The notes under the pieces: generated by a model
What the model was told of the DNA's origin: nothing
The model's database searches: none
Seen by the model: only the letters and a program-made list of their open reading frames with translations
Made by a program: the position numbers and the translations under genes
Shown: in pieces, positions 50,800 to 60,130 of the stretch
How positions within the stretch are numbered: position 1 is the first letter of the stretch
How the letters are laid out: each line of letters opens with the position of its first letter
Assembly (NCBI GenBank): GCA_963709425.1
Contig: CAVPWG010000002.1
Span: 134,499-198,498 of the forward strand
Direction: 5' to 3'
DNA: 64,000 nt
Origin: an uncultured Actinomycetes bacterium
GTDB taxonomy: Bacteria > Actinomycetota > Thermoleophilia > Gaiellales > JAICJC01

Positions 50800-52062
50800 A
50801 TGTTCCAGAAGACCACCTTGGACAACGGACTGCGCGTCGTGACGGCACCGATGCCTGCCGCAAAGTCGGTCGCGGTGATGGTGATGGTCGCCGCCGGAAG
50901 CCGGTACGAGACGAAGCCGACCAACGGCATCGCCCACTTCGCCGAGCACATGTTCTTCAAGGGCACCGAGAAGCGCCCGACGGCCAAGGACATCTCGGCC
51001 GAGGTGGACGGGATCGGCGGCGAGTTCAACGCCTTCACGAGCAAGGAGTACACGGGCTACTACATCAAGTGCGCGGCCGAGCACCGCTCGCTCGCCCTCG
51101 ACGTCCTCGCCGACCAGATCCTGCACTCGAAGTTCGACGCCGACGAGCTCGAGCGTGAGAAGGGCGTCATCATCGAGGAGCTGAACATGTACGTGGACAC
51201 GCCGCGCGACCACGTCGACAGCGTCTACGACCACCTGCTCTTCGGCGATCAGCCGCTCGGCTGGGACATCATCGGGACCAAGGACACGATCCGGGCGGCC
51301 GGCCGGCAGACGTTCCTCGACTACCTCGGCGCCTGGTATGCGCCGCGGCGCCTGGTCGTCGGCGCCGCCGGAGCGGTGGACGGCGACTTCCTCTCCGAGG
51401 TCGAGGGCCAGTTCGGGGCGCTCGATGACCGGCCCACCGGGGCGCCCGCGCCCGTGGAGGTGGCACAGAACGAGGCCCGGGTCAGCCTGGAGACCCGCGA
51501 CTCCGACCAGGCGCATCTGCGGCTCGGCGTTCGCGGCCTCCCGACGGCCCACCCCGACCGGTACGTGATGCAGGTGCTGTCGGCGATCCTCGGCGGGGGC
51601 ATGTCGTCGCGCCTTTTCATCGAGGTGCGCGAGCGAAACGGCCTCGCCTACTACGTCTTCTGCCACCACTCGGCCTACGATGACGCCGGCACCCTCTTCT
51701 CGCAGGCCGGAGTCGACATCGAGCGCATCGACCTGGCCGTGTCGACGATCGTCGGCGAGTTCGGGAAGCTGGCCGCCGAGCCGGTCGAGGACGACGAGCT
51801 GCGCCGCACGAAGAACTTCCTGAAGGGCCGGCTGGTGCTCCAGCTGGAGGATCCGCGCGGCCTCCTGGGCTTCGGGCTCCGGCGCGAGGTGCTGGAGGAC
51901 CGCCTGACCGAGCCCGAGGAGGTGCTCGAGGGAATCGAGGCCGTGACTGCCGCCGACATCCAGCGGCTGGCGGGCGACGTGATCCGCGCCGACGCGCTCA
52001 ACTTCGGCCTGGTCGGGCCGTTCGACGACGATCAGCGGTTCCTCGACCTCATGCACGTGTGA
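50800..52062 (+). CDS. M16-family (pitrilysin/insulinase) zinc peptidase
   Basis: ORF 50800..52062. Inverted zinc motif HFAEH plus the downstream E (GIAHFAEHMFFKGT...EREKGVIIEE). Confidence 0.88.
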   Translation: MFQKTTLDNGLRVVTAPMPAAKSVAVMVMVAAGSRYETKPTNGIAHFAEHMFFKGTEKRPTAKDISAEVDGIGGEFNAFTSKEYTGYYIKCAAEHRSLALDVLADQILHSKFDADELEREKGVIIEELNMYVDTPRDHVDSVYDHLLFGDQPLGWDIIGTKDTIRAAGRQTFLDYLGAWYAPRRLVVGAAGAVDGDFLSEVEGQFGALDDRPTGAPAPVEVAQNEARVSLETRDSDQAHLRLGVRGLPTAHPDRYVMQVLSAILGGGMSSRLFIEVRERNGLAYYVFCHHSAYDDAGTLFSQAGVDIERIDLAVSTIVGEFGKLAAEPVEDDELRRTKNFLKGRLVLQLEDPRGLLGFGLRREVLEDRLTEPEEVLEGIEAVTAADIQRLAGDVIRADALNFGLVGPFDDDQRFLDLMHV

Positions 52063-52712
52063 GCGGGATCCGGCTCTACGCCATCCCGTTCTCGACGAAC
52101 GTCGAACGCGTGGCGCTCGCACTCGGCCACAAGGGCGTGGACGCCGAGGTCGTCATGTGCGACGCCGGCGACCGGAGGCCGATCCGCGAAGCGAGCGGCC
52201 AGGATCTCGTGCCCGTGCTCGACGACGAGGGCTTCGTCGTCGTCGACTCGAGCCGCATCGTCGAGCACCTCGAGGAGCGCTTCCCCGACCCGCCGCTGTT
52301 TCCGGCCGATGCGGCGCGCGAAGCCGAGATGCGGGTCTTCGTCGACTGGTTCAACCGGGTGTGGAAGGTGCCGCCGAACCGCATCGACCACGAGCTGGCC
52401 TCGGAGGCGCCGGATCACGTCCTCGTCGAGGCGCTGGCCGCAGAGATGCGGGCGTCCCTCACGCTGTTCGAGGCGATGCTCGCCGGGCGCGACCACCTGC
52501 TCGCCGACGAGTTCTCGGCTGCCGACTGCGCCGCCTTCCCGTTCCTCAAGTACGGCCTCTGGCTGCGCGACGACGATGACGAGCGGTTCCACCGGATCCT
52601 GGCCGAGCACCTGGCACTGGACGGCGGCTACCCGGGGATCGAAGACTGGCTGCGGCGCGTCGACGAACGGCCACGCGTCTCCGGCGTGGTCGTCCACCCC
52701 GCCCACGGCTGA
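52059..52712 (+). CDS. glutathione S-transferase-family protein
   Basis: ORF 52059..52712. GTGA overlap with the upstream gene. The N-terminal thioredoxin-like fold (RLYAIPFSTNVERVALAL...VPVLDDEG) is followed by a helical C-domain. Confidence 0.8.
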   Translation: MSGIRLYAIPFSTNVERVALALGHKGVDAEVVMCDAGDRRPIREASGQDLVPVLDDEGFVVVDSSRIVEHLEERFPDPPLFPADAAREAEMRVFVDWFNRVWKVPPNRIDHELASEAPDHVLVEALAAEMRASLTLFEAMLAGRDHLLADEFSAADCAAFPFLKYGLWLRDDDDERFHRILAEHLALDGGYPGIEDWLRRVDERPRVSGVVVHPAHG

Positions 52713-52721
52713 CCGCCGCCG

Positions 52722-54053
52722 TCAGGTCGTCGGAGCGGTGGTGCGCCTGCCGGCGGTGACGCGGCGCAGGGCGGCCAGCGCTGCGGGCAGGTCACCCGCG
52801 CGCTCCTCGATGTCGGCGAGCGTCTGCCAGACGTCGTCGAGGTAGTGCACGGCCACCGTCCCCGTGAGCACACCAGCGGCCTCGTGACACAGCCGCCGGG
52901 CCTCGTCGAGCTCGTCTCGCTCGAGCGCGATCTTCGCGAGCAGCGTGTAGAGCATCCCGGCCGTCCCGGGCTCGGTCGCTTCTGTCCGCCCGAGGCCCGC
53001 GCGCGCCAGCCTGTCGGCGTCGTCCAGCCGCCCGTCGAGCAGCGCCGAGCGCCCACGCTCGTAGTCGAGCAGGGCCAGCTCCGGCCCGGGAGCATCGCCG
53101 CGCTCGAGCGCCTCGCTGGCGCGGCCGAGCTCGGCGTCCGCCTCGGCCAGGCGGCTGCGGTCGAGCAGGATGCTCCCGAGCAGCACGTGCGACCGGCCGA
53201 GCAGGAGCAGGTGCTCGCCGCACGCCAGCGCCGACACGACCCGGCGCGCGTAGCGCTCCGCGAGCTCGACCTGGCCGTGTTCGGCGTACGTCCGCGAGAT
53301 CGCCCACTCGAGCCTGGCGCGCGACACCGGATCGCGCAGCACGTCCCGGTCGCCCTTGACCAGATCCAGCGTCCGGTAGGCGTCGTCGGGGCGGCCGGCG
53401 TCGGTGTAGGCGCTGGCGAGCAGCACGCCGAAGCGGACGGCCAGCCCGGGGTCGCCCGGCTCAGCCCGAGCCTCGTCGAACGCCGCGCGGAGCACCTCGA
53501 TGGAGCGGTTCATCCGGCCCAGCCCTGCGTACGCCCGCCCGAGCACCTCGTAGAGCGCCGGTCGCGCACGGGTCGACACCGGCACCGGCGCCGCCTCGAT
53601 CGCCTCCTCGCACAGCCGCACGGCCTCGGCGTCACGGCGGGCCTCGGCGGCGAGGTGGGCGAGCTCCTCGAGCAGCCGGCTCTCGGCCCGCCGGTCGCCG
53701 ATCCGGCGTGCGTCGTCCAGGGCATGCCGCACATCGTCGCCGGCGGTCTCGTCACCCATCCGGACGGCCAGCTCCAGATCGAGCAGACGCGTCTCGGGGA
53801 TCCGTGTGCGGATGTCCCGCCCGCCGAGGTCCTCGAGGGTGACGCCCAGCTTCTCGGCCAGATCGGCCATGACGGTGACCGACGGGATGCGCTGCCCGCG
53901 CTCGACTCGAGACAGGTATCCCGGCGAGCAGCCCGGGCCGGCGATCTGGCGGAGAGAGAGGCCGCGCTGCCGGCGCAGGTCGCGGATCCTGCGGCCGACG
54001 GCGGCCGGATCGTCGACGTGGAAGGCCGGCCGCGGGACGCCGCCCCTAGGCAC
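52722..54053 (-). CDS. XRE-family HTH regulator with C-terminal TPR-like repeat domain
   Basis: ORF 52722..54053 (GTG start). HTH region is VGRRIRDLRRQRGLSLRQIAGPGCSPGYLSRVERGQRIPS, followed by about 350 aa of repetitive Ala/Leu/Arg helices. Confidence 0.75.
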   Translation of the reverse strand: MPRGGVPRPAFHVDDPAAVGRRIRDLRRQRGLSLRQIAGPGCSPGYLSRVERGQRIPSVTVMADLAEKLGVTLEDLGGRDIRTRIPETRLLDLELAVRMGDETAGDDVRHALDDARRIGDRRAESRLLEELAHLAAEARRDAEAVRLCEEAIEAAPVPVSTRARPALYEVLGRAYAGLGRMNRSIEVLRAAFDEARAEPGDPGLAVRFGVLLASAYTDAGRPDDAYRTLDLVKGDRDVLRDPVSRARLEWAISRTYAEHGQVELAERYARRVVSALACGEHLLLLGRSHVLLGSILLDRSRLAEADAELGRASEALERGDAPGPELALLDYERGRSALLDGRLDDADRLARAGLGRTEATEPGTAGMLYTLLAKIALERDELDEARRLCHEAAGVLTGTVAVHYLDDVWQTLADIEERAGDLPAALAALRRVTAGRRTTAPTT

Positions 54054-55191
54054 GGATCTCCATGTCGTAGGGGAAGTCGGTCAGCACCTCGGCTCCATCG
54101 TCGCGGACGACGGCCAGATCCTCGAGCCGCACACCGCCGAAGCCCTTCCGATAGACGCCCGGCTCGATGGTGACGACGTCGCCCGCGATCAGGTCGTCGC
54201 CGGAGAGCCCCATGCTCGGGGCCTCGTGCACCTCGAGGCCCACGCCGTGGCCGAGACCATGGAAGAAGTCCTCGTCGAGCGTCTCCCCCATCGGGACGCT
54301 TCGCTCTGTCCGGTAGCCGCCGGCCTCGATCGCGTCACATGCGGCCTCCCACACCTGGCGGCCGTTCACGCCCGTGCGGATCGCCTCCGTCGACCGCTTC
54401 ACCGCCTCGAGGACGGTCGCGTGCATATGGCTGAGCATTTCGGGCGCCTCGCCGAAACAGAACGTGCGCGTCATGTCGGCGCAGAATCGGCTCTCGGCAT
54501 GCGTCGGGAAGATGTCGACGATCAGCGACTCGCCCGCCCGCACCGGGCCCGTGCCGAGCTCGTGCACGAACGCCCCCTGAGGGCCGGGGCTCGTGATCGG
54601 CGGCTCACCCTCGCAGCCATGAGCGCGAAGGGTCGCGATCACCTCGGACCGGACGCGCTCAGCGGTCAGCTCCTCGCCCTCGAAGACGAGGCCGTCGCCC
54701 CGCACCGACGACGAGCCGAGGATCTCGACGACGCGGCCCATCGCCGCCTCCGTGGCGCGCTGGGCCGCGCGGATCCCGGCGAGCGCGTGCTCATCCTTGG
54801 CCCGCCGCCGAAGCTGGAACTGCTCTCGGTCGGGGCGGACGGCCACGCCCTTGCCGCGCAGGTGGTCGGCGGCGACGACAGGGAACGTCGGCGGCACGAC
54901 CACCTCGCTCAGGCCGAGGTCGTCGACAACCCGGCCCAGGATCTCGATCTGGGCGTCGTCCCAGCCCATCCCTCCGGCGACCAGCTCCCGCGCCCCGAAC
55001 TTGGAGCTGAGCAGGACGTCGGTGGCCCGGGAGTTGCGGCGGGCGGCGTCGGCCTCGATCTCGCTCGTCACGATCAGGCGCTGACCGTTCGTCTCGACGT
55101 AGATGAAGGGATCGACGATCGAGACGCCGGTGGCCAGAAACAGGTCGGCGTCGCGGAGGGAATCGGCGAACATGAGCAGTCCCGTGGTCAT
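54046..55191 (-). CDS. M24-family Xaa-Pro aminopeptidase
   Basis: ORF 54046..55191. Has DIFPTHAESRFCADMTRTF, HGLGHGVGLEVHE and EPGVY...GGVRLED (pita-bread metal ligands). Confidence 0.88.
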   Translation of the reverse strand: MTTGLLMFADSLRDADLFLATGVSIVDPFIYVETNGQRLIVTSEIEADAARRNSRATDVLLSSKFGARELVAGGMGWDDAQIEILGRVVDDLGLSEVVVPPTFPVVAADHLRGKGVAVRPDREQFQLRRRAKDEHALAGIRAAQRATEAAMGRVVEILGSSSVRGDGLVFEGEELTAERVRSEVIATLRAHGCEGEPPITSPGPQGAFVHELGTGPVRAGESLIVDIFPTHAESRFCADMTRTFCFGEAPEMLSHMHATVLEAVKRSTEAIRTGVNGRQVWEAACDAIEAGGYRTERSVPMGETLDEDFFHGLGHGVGLEVHEAPSMGLSGDDLIAGDVVTIEPGVYRKGFGGVRLEDLAVVRDDGAEVLTDFPYDMEIRA

Positions 55192-55230
55192 GCGGACAAG
55201 CTATCACCCGCCCGCTGGTAGCGTTCGGCC

Positions 55231-56364
55231 GTGCCCACGCCGGGGTTCGATCGCCTCCTCACCGAGCATTTCGCGCGCATCCGCTCCACGTTCCCCGACG
55301 ACATCCGGGTCTGGGACGCGCATACGCACCTCGGCGTGGACGAGGACGGGTTCACGCAATCTCCGGAGGAGCTCCTGGATGCGATGCGCCGGTACGGCGT
55401 CGATCGCTGCTTCACGTTCCCGCTGAACGACCCCGATCGCTTCCCGGCCTACCGGGTGCCCAACGACCGCGTGCTGGAGTGGGCGGCGGCCTCGGACGGC
55501 GCGCTCGTTCCCTTCTGCCGGCTCGACCTGACCGCCGATCCGATCGCCGAGGCCGACCGCTGTCTCGACAAGGGCGCGAAGGGCATCAAGCTGCACCCCC
55601 GGGCGCAGAAGTTCGATTTCGGCGAGCGCGGCCTCGATCCGGTGTTCCGGCTCGCCGCCGAGCGGCGCGTGCCGATCCTGATCCACGCCGGACGCGGCCT
55701 GCCGGCGATCGCGGAGGACCTCCAACGCCTCGTCGAGCACCACCCGGACGCCCAGCTCATCCTGGCGCACGCTGCCATCGCCGACCTCCAGCACATCGGG
55801 CGGACGCTGCTCAACCACCCCAACGTGCTCTACGACACGTCCGTCTGGTCGAACACCGACCTGCGCGCGCTCCTGGCGACAGTCGCCCCCGAGCAGATCG
55901 CGTTCGCGAGCGACGCGCCGTACGGCGCGCCGGCCATCGCTCAGATCCAGGTCGGGACGGCGCTGAACCGCGCCGGCGCGACGCCCGACCAGGTGCGGGC
56001 CATCATGTGGGGGAACGCCGAGCGCGCCGCCCGCGGCCAGTCGGCGCCGGCGCTCTCGCCCCCGCTCGTGGCCCGCGACCGGACGGTGCCGCTCCAGCGC
56101 GTGCGCGTCCACGAATACCTGATCATGGCCACCACGCTGCTCTGGACGCGGCTTCCGGACACGCCGGGCGCCGTCGGGCTCGCCCGACGGGCCTGCGACA
56201 CCAACGGGAGCTCCGAGCTGGCGGCCGTGGAGGCCCTCCTTGACCTGGCCCAGGAGCTCTGGACGCAGTCGCTCGCGATCGAGGATCCCGACGCCGCCCG
56301 CACGTACGGCCGCGCGGCGGCCCGCACGCTGCAGATCGCCGACTCGATCGTGCTCGACGTGTGA
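55231..56364 (+). CDS. amidohydrolase-family (TIM-barrel metal-dependent hydrolase) protein
   Basis: ORF 55231..56364. Has VWDAHTHLG (HxH), GIKLHP, ILIHAG and FASDAPY. Confidence 0.75.
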   Translation: MPTPGFDRLLTEHFARIRSTFPDDIRVWDAHTHLGVDEDGFTQSPEELLDAMRRYGVDRCFTFPLNDPDRFPAYRVPNDRVLEWAAASDGALVPFCRLDLTADPIAEADRCLDKGAKGIKLHPRAQKFDFGERGLDPVFRLAAERRVPILIHAGRGLPAIAEDLQRLVEHHPDAQLILAHAAIADLQHIGRTLLNHPNVLYDTSVWSNTDLRALLATVAPEQIAFASDAPYGAPAIAQIQVGTALNRAGATPDQVRAIMWGNAERAARGQSAPALSPPLVARDRTVPLQRVRVHEYLIMATTLLWTRLPDTPGAVGLARRACDTNGSSELAAVEALLDLAQELWTQSLAIEDPDAARTYGRAAARTLQIADSIVLDV

Positions 56365-56897
56365 TCAGCGCCGTCGTCCTCGCGGCCGGGGAGGGCCGCC
56401 GATTCGGGGGAAGGAAGCAGCTGCACCCGGTCGACGGCCTGCCGATGCTCGAGCGCGTGCTCCTGGCGGTCGCGGCGGGCGGAATCGACGAGCGCGTCGT
56501 CGTGCTCGGCGCGCACGCCGAGGACATCCTGGCTGCGGTCGACCTGCACGGCGCCCGGGCGGTCGTGTGCGAGGCGTGGCGCGACGGCCCGGCGGCGTCG
56601 CTTCACGCCGGGCTCGGGGCGCTGCCGGAGGCTTCGGACCGAGCGCTCGTGGTGCTCGGCGACGGGCCTGCACTCGACCCTGCGGCCGTCGCGCGGATGG
56701 CCGCGGCGCCTTCGGGGTCGCGCGCGCTCGCGGCCGACTACGGCGGCGGGCGGTCGCACCCCGTTGTGGTCCCGCGGCCGCTCTGGGACCAGATCCCCCG
56801 GCACGGCGAGACGCCGGTCAGGCCGCTGGGCGCGGACCTCGTCGACTGCCGCGACCTGCGGGCGCCGGGCGATGTCGACTACGCGACGTCGTCCTGA
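56361..56897 (+). CDS. MobA/MocA-like nucleotidyltransferase (molybdenum cofactor cytidylyl/guanylyl-transferase family)
   Basis: ORF 56361..56897. Stop/start overlap with the upstream gene. Has VVLAAGEGRRFGGRKQL and VVLGDGP. Confidence 0.75.
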   Translation: MISAVVLAAGEGRRFGGRKQLHPVDGLPMLERVLLAVAAGGIDERVVVLGAHAEDILAAVDLHGARAVVCEAWRDGPAASLHAGLGALPEASDRALVVLGDGPALDPAAVARMAAAPSGSRALAADYGGGRSHPVVVPRPLWDQIPRHGETPVRPLGADLVDCRDLRAPGDVDYATSS

Positions 56898-57124
56898 CCG
56901 CAGCAGCGCAGCCGCAGCCGGTCGACGAACCCGGCCGGCACGGGGTCGCCGGAGCAGCAGTCCTTCACGACCTCGCGCAGGCGCCGCTCGAAGATGTACC
57001 GGTCGTTGCAGTAGTCGCACTCGCGCAGGTGCACGTCGATCCGGGACACCTCGGCCTCGGTCAGGGCGCGGTCCAGGTACGGCTGGATGAGGTGCTCGGC
57101 CCCGTGGCAGGGATCGACGCTCAT
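56879..57124 (-). CDS. rsrA: zinc-binding anti-sigma factor (ZAS, RsrA/RshA-like)
   Basis: C-terminal 81 aa of ORF 56879..57526, from MSVDPCHGAEHLIQPYLD. ZAS motif H-x3-C-x2-C in VHLRECDYC, plus extra Cys residues. ATGA overlap with the sigma stop. Confidence 0.8.
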   Translation of the reverse strand: MSVDPCHGAEHLIQPYLDRALTEAEVSRIDVHLRECDYCNDRYIFERRLREVVKDCCSGDPVPAGFVDRLRLRCCGQDDVA

Positions 57125-57747
57125 GCCGCGCCCTCCTGCTCGGCGAGCTCGGCGAGCCGCTGCTTCAGGAGGCGCCGGCCGCGGTAGAGACGCGACATGA
57201 CCGTCCCGATCGGGATCCCGAGGATCTCGGCGGCGTCGGCATAGGAGAACTCGCCGACGTCCACCAGCACGACCACCTCGCGGAAGTTCTCCGGCACGGA
57301 CCCCAGCGCGTCGACGACGCCGCTCCCGGACAGGCGCGCGAGGACGCGCTCCTGCGGCTCGCGACCCGTGTCGGCAAGGCGGTTGTAGAGGTAGTAGTCG
57401 CCCTGCTCGTCGAGCGGCTCGGACGGCGGGCGCCGGCTCTGGCGGCGGAGCTCGTCCATGTTGGCGTTCCGCATGATGGTCGCGAGCCAGGCGGCCAGGT
57501 TGGTGCCCGGCGTGTACGAGCGCCACGCCCGGAAGGCGCGCAGATAGGTCTCCTGGACGAGGTCCTCGGCCGTCTGCGACGACCCCGTCAGCCGAAGCGC
57601 GATGCGGTACAGGTGCTCGGCGTGGGTCAGCGCCTCCTCCTCGAACTGGGTGCGGTCGCCCGCAGCCGCAGCCTGCCCGGCGCCCGGTGAGGGCGGGGAG
57701 TCGTGCTCGGGGGCCATGCCGGCGAGCGTATCAGCCAGGAGAAGCAT
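57121..57747 (-). CDS. sigR: ECF sigma factor, SigR/SigH type
   Basis: ORF 57121..57801. Start set at ATG 57747, just downstream of the GGAAT-N18-GTT promoter. Has regions 2 (AEDLVQETYLRAFRAW) and 4 (EFSYADAAEILGIPIGTVMSRLYRGR). 57801 (GTG) would give a longer isoform. Confidence 0.88.
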   Translation of the reverse strand: MLLLADTLAGMAPEHDSPPSPGAGQAAAAGDRTQFEEEALTHAEHLYRIALRLTGSSQTAEDLVQETYLRAFRAWRSYTPGTNLAAWLATIMRNANMDELRRQSRRPPSEPLDEQGDYYLYNRLADTGREPQERVLARLSGSGVVDALGSVPENFREVVVLVDVGEFSYADAAEILGIPIGTVMSRLYRGRRLLKQRLAELAEQEGAA

Positions 57748-57758
57748 GCACTCTAGGG

Positions 57759-57784
57759 AACGCCGGGGCCCCGATCTCCATTCC
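57759..57784 (-). promoter_or_regulatory. SigR/SigH-type autoregulatory promoter
   Basis: The minus strand reads GGAAT (57784..57780), exactly 18 nt of spacer, then GTT (57761..57759). The ATG at 57747 is 11 nt further on. Confidence 0.6.
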
Positions 57785-57824
57785 CCGCGAGTTTTAGTCA
57801 CTTCGGCTAATATGGCGCGGCGCC

Positions 57825-59315
57825 GTGCGCGAACGAGCGTCTCATCGCACCGACGTCCTGATCGTCGGCGCAGGGCTCGCGGGGCTCTACGCCTCCCTCG
57901 AGGCAGCGACGCGCGGCGCCGCGACGACGCTCGTCACCAAAGGCTCGCTCCAATCGTCGAACTCGTTCATGGCGCAGGGCGGCATCGCGGCGGCCGTCGG
58001 CCCCGGCGACGACCCGGCGCTCCACATCGCCGACACGCTCGCCGTTGGGCGGGGCCTCGCCGATCCGGCAGCCGTGCAGGTGCTGGTGCGAGACGGCGTC
58101 CGCCGCGTGGCCGACCTCGAGCGGCTCGGCGTCCGCTGGGATCGTGACGCCGGCGGCCGTCCGCAGCTTGCCCGGGAGGGCGGGCACAGCCGTCACCGCA
58201 TCTTCCACGCAGACGGCGCGGCGACCGGCGCGGCCATCGCGCGGACGCTGATCTCCCGGGTCCTGGCAGACCCGCGGATCCGGGTCGTTGACCACGCCGC
58301 TGCGATCGGCCTTCTGAGCGACGGCGAGGGCTGCGCCGGCGCCTGGGTCCTCGGCCGCGACGAGCTCGTCCCGATCCGGGGGCGGATGACGCTCCTGGCC
58401 ACCGGCGGCGCGTGCGCGCTCTATTCCCGCACGACGAACCCGCCGGGCGCGACGGGCGACGGCATCGCGATCGCCCACCGGGCGGGCGCCGACGTCCGCC
58501 ACATGGAGTTCGTGCAGTTCCACCCGACGGCGGTGGCGACGGCCGGGCGCGCGTTTCTGGTGTCGGAGGCCGTCCGCGGCGAGGGCGCCCACCTCGTCAC
58601 CGAGACCGGCGAGCGATTCATGCCGGACGAGCATCCCGACGCGGAGCTCGCGCCCCGCGACGTCGTGACGCGCGTGATCCAGGCTCGCCTCGACGCCGGC
58701 CAGGCCAGTTACCTGTCGCTGCGCCACCTCGACCCGGATCTCGTCGGCCGCCGTTTCCCGACGCTCGTAGAGGGATGCGCACGCCTCGGGATCGACCTTC
58801 GCCGAGACCCCGTGCCCGTCGCCCCGGCCGCCCACTACCTGATGGGCGGGATCACGACGGATCTCGACGGGGCGACGTCGCTCGCCGGCCTCTACGCCTC
58901 GGGCGAGAGCGCCTGCACCGGGGCGCATGGCGCGAACCGGCTGGCGTCGAACTCGCTCCTGGAGTGCTTCGTGTTCGCCCACCGCGCGGTCGCCGCCGGC
59001 CTTGACGCCGCCCAGCCGCCGGCGGCCGACGGCCCACCCCCGACCGGCCGCTCGCGCGGGCGCCGCTGCGCCGAGCTTCGGCGCAGGATGTGGGACGGCG
59101 CGGGTCCGGTGCGTGACCGGGACGAGCTCGAACGACTCGCTGCCTGGCTCGACGGCCGGCCGGAGTCGAACCCCGTCCGCGTCGCAAGCCTGATCGCGGC
59201 GGCCGCGCTCGAGCGGCGCGAGAGCCGCGGATCGCACCTGCGCCGCGACTATCCCGACCCCGACCCGGCTTTGGAGGCGGCCGTGCCATGCAGAGCGACG
59301 TCATCGGCGACGTGA
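57825..59315 (+). CDS. nadB: L-aspartate oxidase
   Basis: ORF 57825..59315. Has DVLIVGAGLAGL, HFMEFVQFHPT-like (RHMEFVQFHPT), GESACTGAHGANRLASNSLLE and ESRGSH. Confidence 0.93.
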   Translation: MRERASHRTDVLIVGAGLAGLYASLEAATRGAATTLVTKGSLQSSNSFMAQGGIAAAVGPGDDPALHIADTLAVGRGLADPAAVQVLVRDGVRRVADLERLGVRWDRDAGGRPQLAREGGHSRHRIFHADGAATGAAIARTLISRVLADPRIRVVDHAAAIGLLSDGEGCAGAWVLGRDELVPIRGRMTLLATGGACALYSRTTNPPGATGDGIAIAHRAGADVRHMEFVQFHPTAVATAGRAFLVSEAVRGEGAHLVTETGERFMPDEHPDAELAPRDVVTRVIQARLDAGQASYLSLRHLDPDLVGRRFPTLVEGCARLGIDLRRDPVPVAPAAHYLMGGITTDLDGATSLAGLYASGESACTGAHGANRLASNSLLECFVFAHRAVAAGLDAAQPPAADGPPPTGRSRGRRCAELRRRMWDGAGPVRDRDELERLAAWLDGRPESNPVRVASLIAAAALERRESRGSHLRRDYPDPDPALEAAVPCRATSSAT

Positions 59316-60130
59316 TCGCGCGCGCGCTCGCCGAGGATGTCGGCACGGGCGACGTGACCACCGAGGCCGCGGTTCCCGCCGACCTGGAGGTGACGGCGGA
59401 CGTCGTCGTGAAGGCCGCTGGGGTCATCTGCGGGCTGGCGGAGCTCATCACGTGCGTACGGCTGCTCGATCCGGACGCAGAGATGCAGCTCTTCGCCGCC
59501 GACGGAGACCTGGTCGCCGCGCCCCCCGACACGGTCGCCCGGATCCGCGGCAGGGCCCAGGCCGTTCTGAGCGCCGAGCGCACTGGCCTGAACCTCGTGC
59601 AGCGGATGTCCGGCATCGCGACCGCGACCCGGGCCTACGTCGAGGCGGTGCGCGGCACCCGGGCCGAGATCCTGGACACGCGAAAGACAGCCCCAGGTCT
59701 GCGGTTCCTCGACAAGAGGGCCGTCGCATGCGGCGGCGGGCAGAACCATCGGATGGGCCTCGACGACGCCATCCTCATCAAGGACAACCACGTGGCGATT
59801 GCGGGCGGGATCGTGCCTGCGATCGAGGCTGCCGCAGCGGCCCATCCGGATCTCGCCGTCGAGGTGGAGGTCGACGACCTCGCCCAGCTCGAGGAGGCAC
59901 TCGCCGCCGGCGCCGACACGATCCTGCTCGACAACATGGATCCCGGGCTTCTGCGCCGGGCCGTCGCCCGCGTCGCGGGTCGCGCCCAGCTCGAGGCCTC
60001 GGGCGGCATCACGCTCGACACCGTCCGCGCCGTCGCCGAGACCGGCGTCGACGCGATCTCGATCGGGGCCCTCACGCACTCGGTGACGGCACTCGACGTC
60101 TCCCTGGAGGTACATCCGTGGCAGTCATGA
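59288..60130 (+). CDS. nadC: nicotinate-nucleotide diphosphorylase (carboxylating)
   Basis: ORF 59288..60130. Has ILDTRKTAPGLR, GGGQNHRMGLDDAILIKDNH and LLDNM. Confidence 0.93.
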   Translation: MQSDVIGDVIARALAEDVGTGDVTTEAAVPADLEVTADVVVKAAGVICGLAELITCVRLLDPDAEMQLFAADGDLVAAPPDTVARIRGRAQAVLSAERTGLNLVQRMSGIATATRAYVEAVRGTRAEILDTRKTAPGLRFLDKRAVACGGGQNHRMGLDDAILIKDNHVAIAGGIVPAIEAAAAAHPDLAVEVEVDDLAQLEEALAAGADTILLDNMDPGLLRRAVARVAGRAQLEASGGITLDTVRAVAETGVDAISIGALTHSVTALDVSLEVHPWQS

